Below, one piece after another: positions 63,881-64,000 of a stretch of DNA of 64,000 bases. The translations under genes and the position numbers were made by a program. This DNA is from a bacterium (GTDB lineage Bacteria; Acidobacteriota; HRBIN11; JAKEFK01): assembly GCA_022616075.1 (NCBI GenBank), contig JAKEFK010000374.1, positions 8,560 through 72,559 of the forward strand, written 5' to 3'. Position 1 is the stretch's first letter. Every line of letters begins with the position of its first letter. Under the pieces are notes generated by a model. It was not told where the DNA came from. It saw only the letters and a list, made by a program, of their open reading frames with translations, and did no database searches.

Positions 63881-64000
63881 TTAACCGGTTTTCTGTCGCA
63901 CGAATCTTACCGACAACAAATATCCTGCTGCTTCAGGCACAGAGCGAATCACAGCTCCGTGCGCTCTCAATTCTTTTTTCTTCAGCTTTTTTGTAAGGGG
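63881..64000 (-). CDS. 3' end of a minus-strand gene continuing beyond the window (…KKELRAHGAVIRSVPEAAGYLLSVRFVRQKTG*)
   Basis: Open frame from the window edge to a TAA at 63883-63881. Not identifiable from 39 residues. Confidence 0.3.
   Translation of the reverse strand, partial: PLTKKLKKKELRAHGAVIRSVPEAAGYLLSVRFVRQKTG

Overview
This is 64 kb of gene-dense chromosomal DNA with genes on both strands. I found no rRNA genes, tRNA genes, CRISPR arrays, transposases, integrases or phage genes. The gene content suggests an Acidobacteria-like soil bacterium, but that is an inference. It rests on an orphan MacB/FtsX 'ADOP' permease, several TPR-linked Ser/Thr kinases, many lipoproteins and GT-C membrane glycosyltransferases.

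Gene content from left to right:
- 1-407: partial SGNH/GDSL hydrolase, running off the window start.
- 0.9-4.7 kb: two tandem lipoprotein alkaline-phosphatase-superfamily enzymes.
- 4.9-6.98 kb: a large polytopic membrane protein.
- 7.0-7.9 kb: two paralogous small membrane proteins.
- 7.9-8.7 kb: a membrane-anchored Cys/His zinc-finger protein.
- 8.96-10.4 kb: a FadL-family outer-membrane protein.
- 10.5-12.8 kb: a membrane-fused spermidine-synthase-like protein.
- 12.9-14.0 kb: a translationally coupled 64-aa and 321-aa pair.
- 14.2-15.5 kb: a GT-C-like membrane protein.
- 15.6-19.2 kb: a minus-strand operon of radical SAM/SPASM, GT2, GT2 and a MerB-family protein. The MerB-family gene is interrupted by an in-frame UGA that sits just upstream of an fdhF-like SECIS hairpin.
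- 19.3-20.8 kb: an M48 peptidase.
- 20.9-21.7 kb: a secreted hypothetical protein.
- 21.9-26.4 kb: a 1519-aa tandem Ser/Thr kinase fused to TPR repeats.
- 26.6-29.0 kb: an ATP-dependent DNA ligase, preceded by an unannotated 46-aa membrane protein and followed by an App1-like phosphatase.
- 29.2-31.9 kb: a rhomboid-TPR protease with an adjacent single-pass membrane protein.
- 32.0-33.1 kb: an ArsR plus SRPBCC pair.
- 33.1-46.1 kb: a 13-kb glycan/envelope cluster. It has GT-C membrane proteins, two paralogous FAD oxidoreductases, an ICMT-like methyltransferase, a CE4 deacetylase, an NDP-sugar epimerase, two GT4s and small membrane proteins.
- 46.3-48.0 kb: a DUF885 protein.
- 48.1-50.6 kb: the ADOP permease.
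- 50.7-52.8 kb: a translationally coupled ArsM-like methyltransferase and PiT transporter.
- 53.1-57.1 kb: a 1347-aa secreted zinc metalloprotease with an internal duplicated Cys-rich domain.
- 57.5-62.4 kb: a redox/metal island of DsbA, a CDF transporter, and a cupredoxin-like protein overlapping a HAMP receptor Ser/Thr kinase.
- 62.4-64.0 kb: Smr, a lipoprotein, QueF and a partial minus-strand gene running off the window end.

Intergenic space is heavily populated by at least five families of dispersed palindromic repeats or MITE-like elements. Several of them supply stop codons or C-terminal tails to neighbouring genes.

All protein calls come from motif recognition by eye. I ran no database search.
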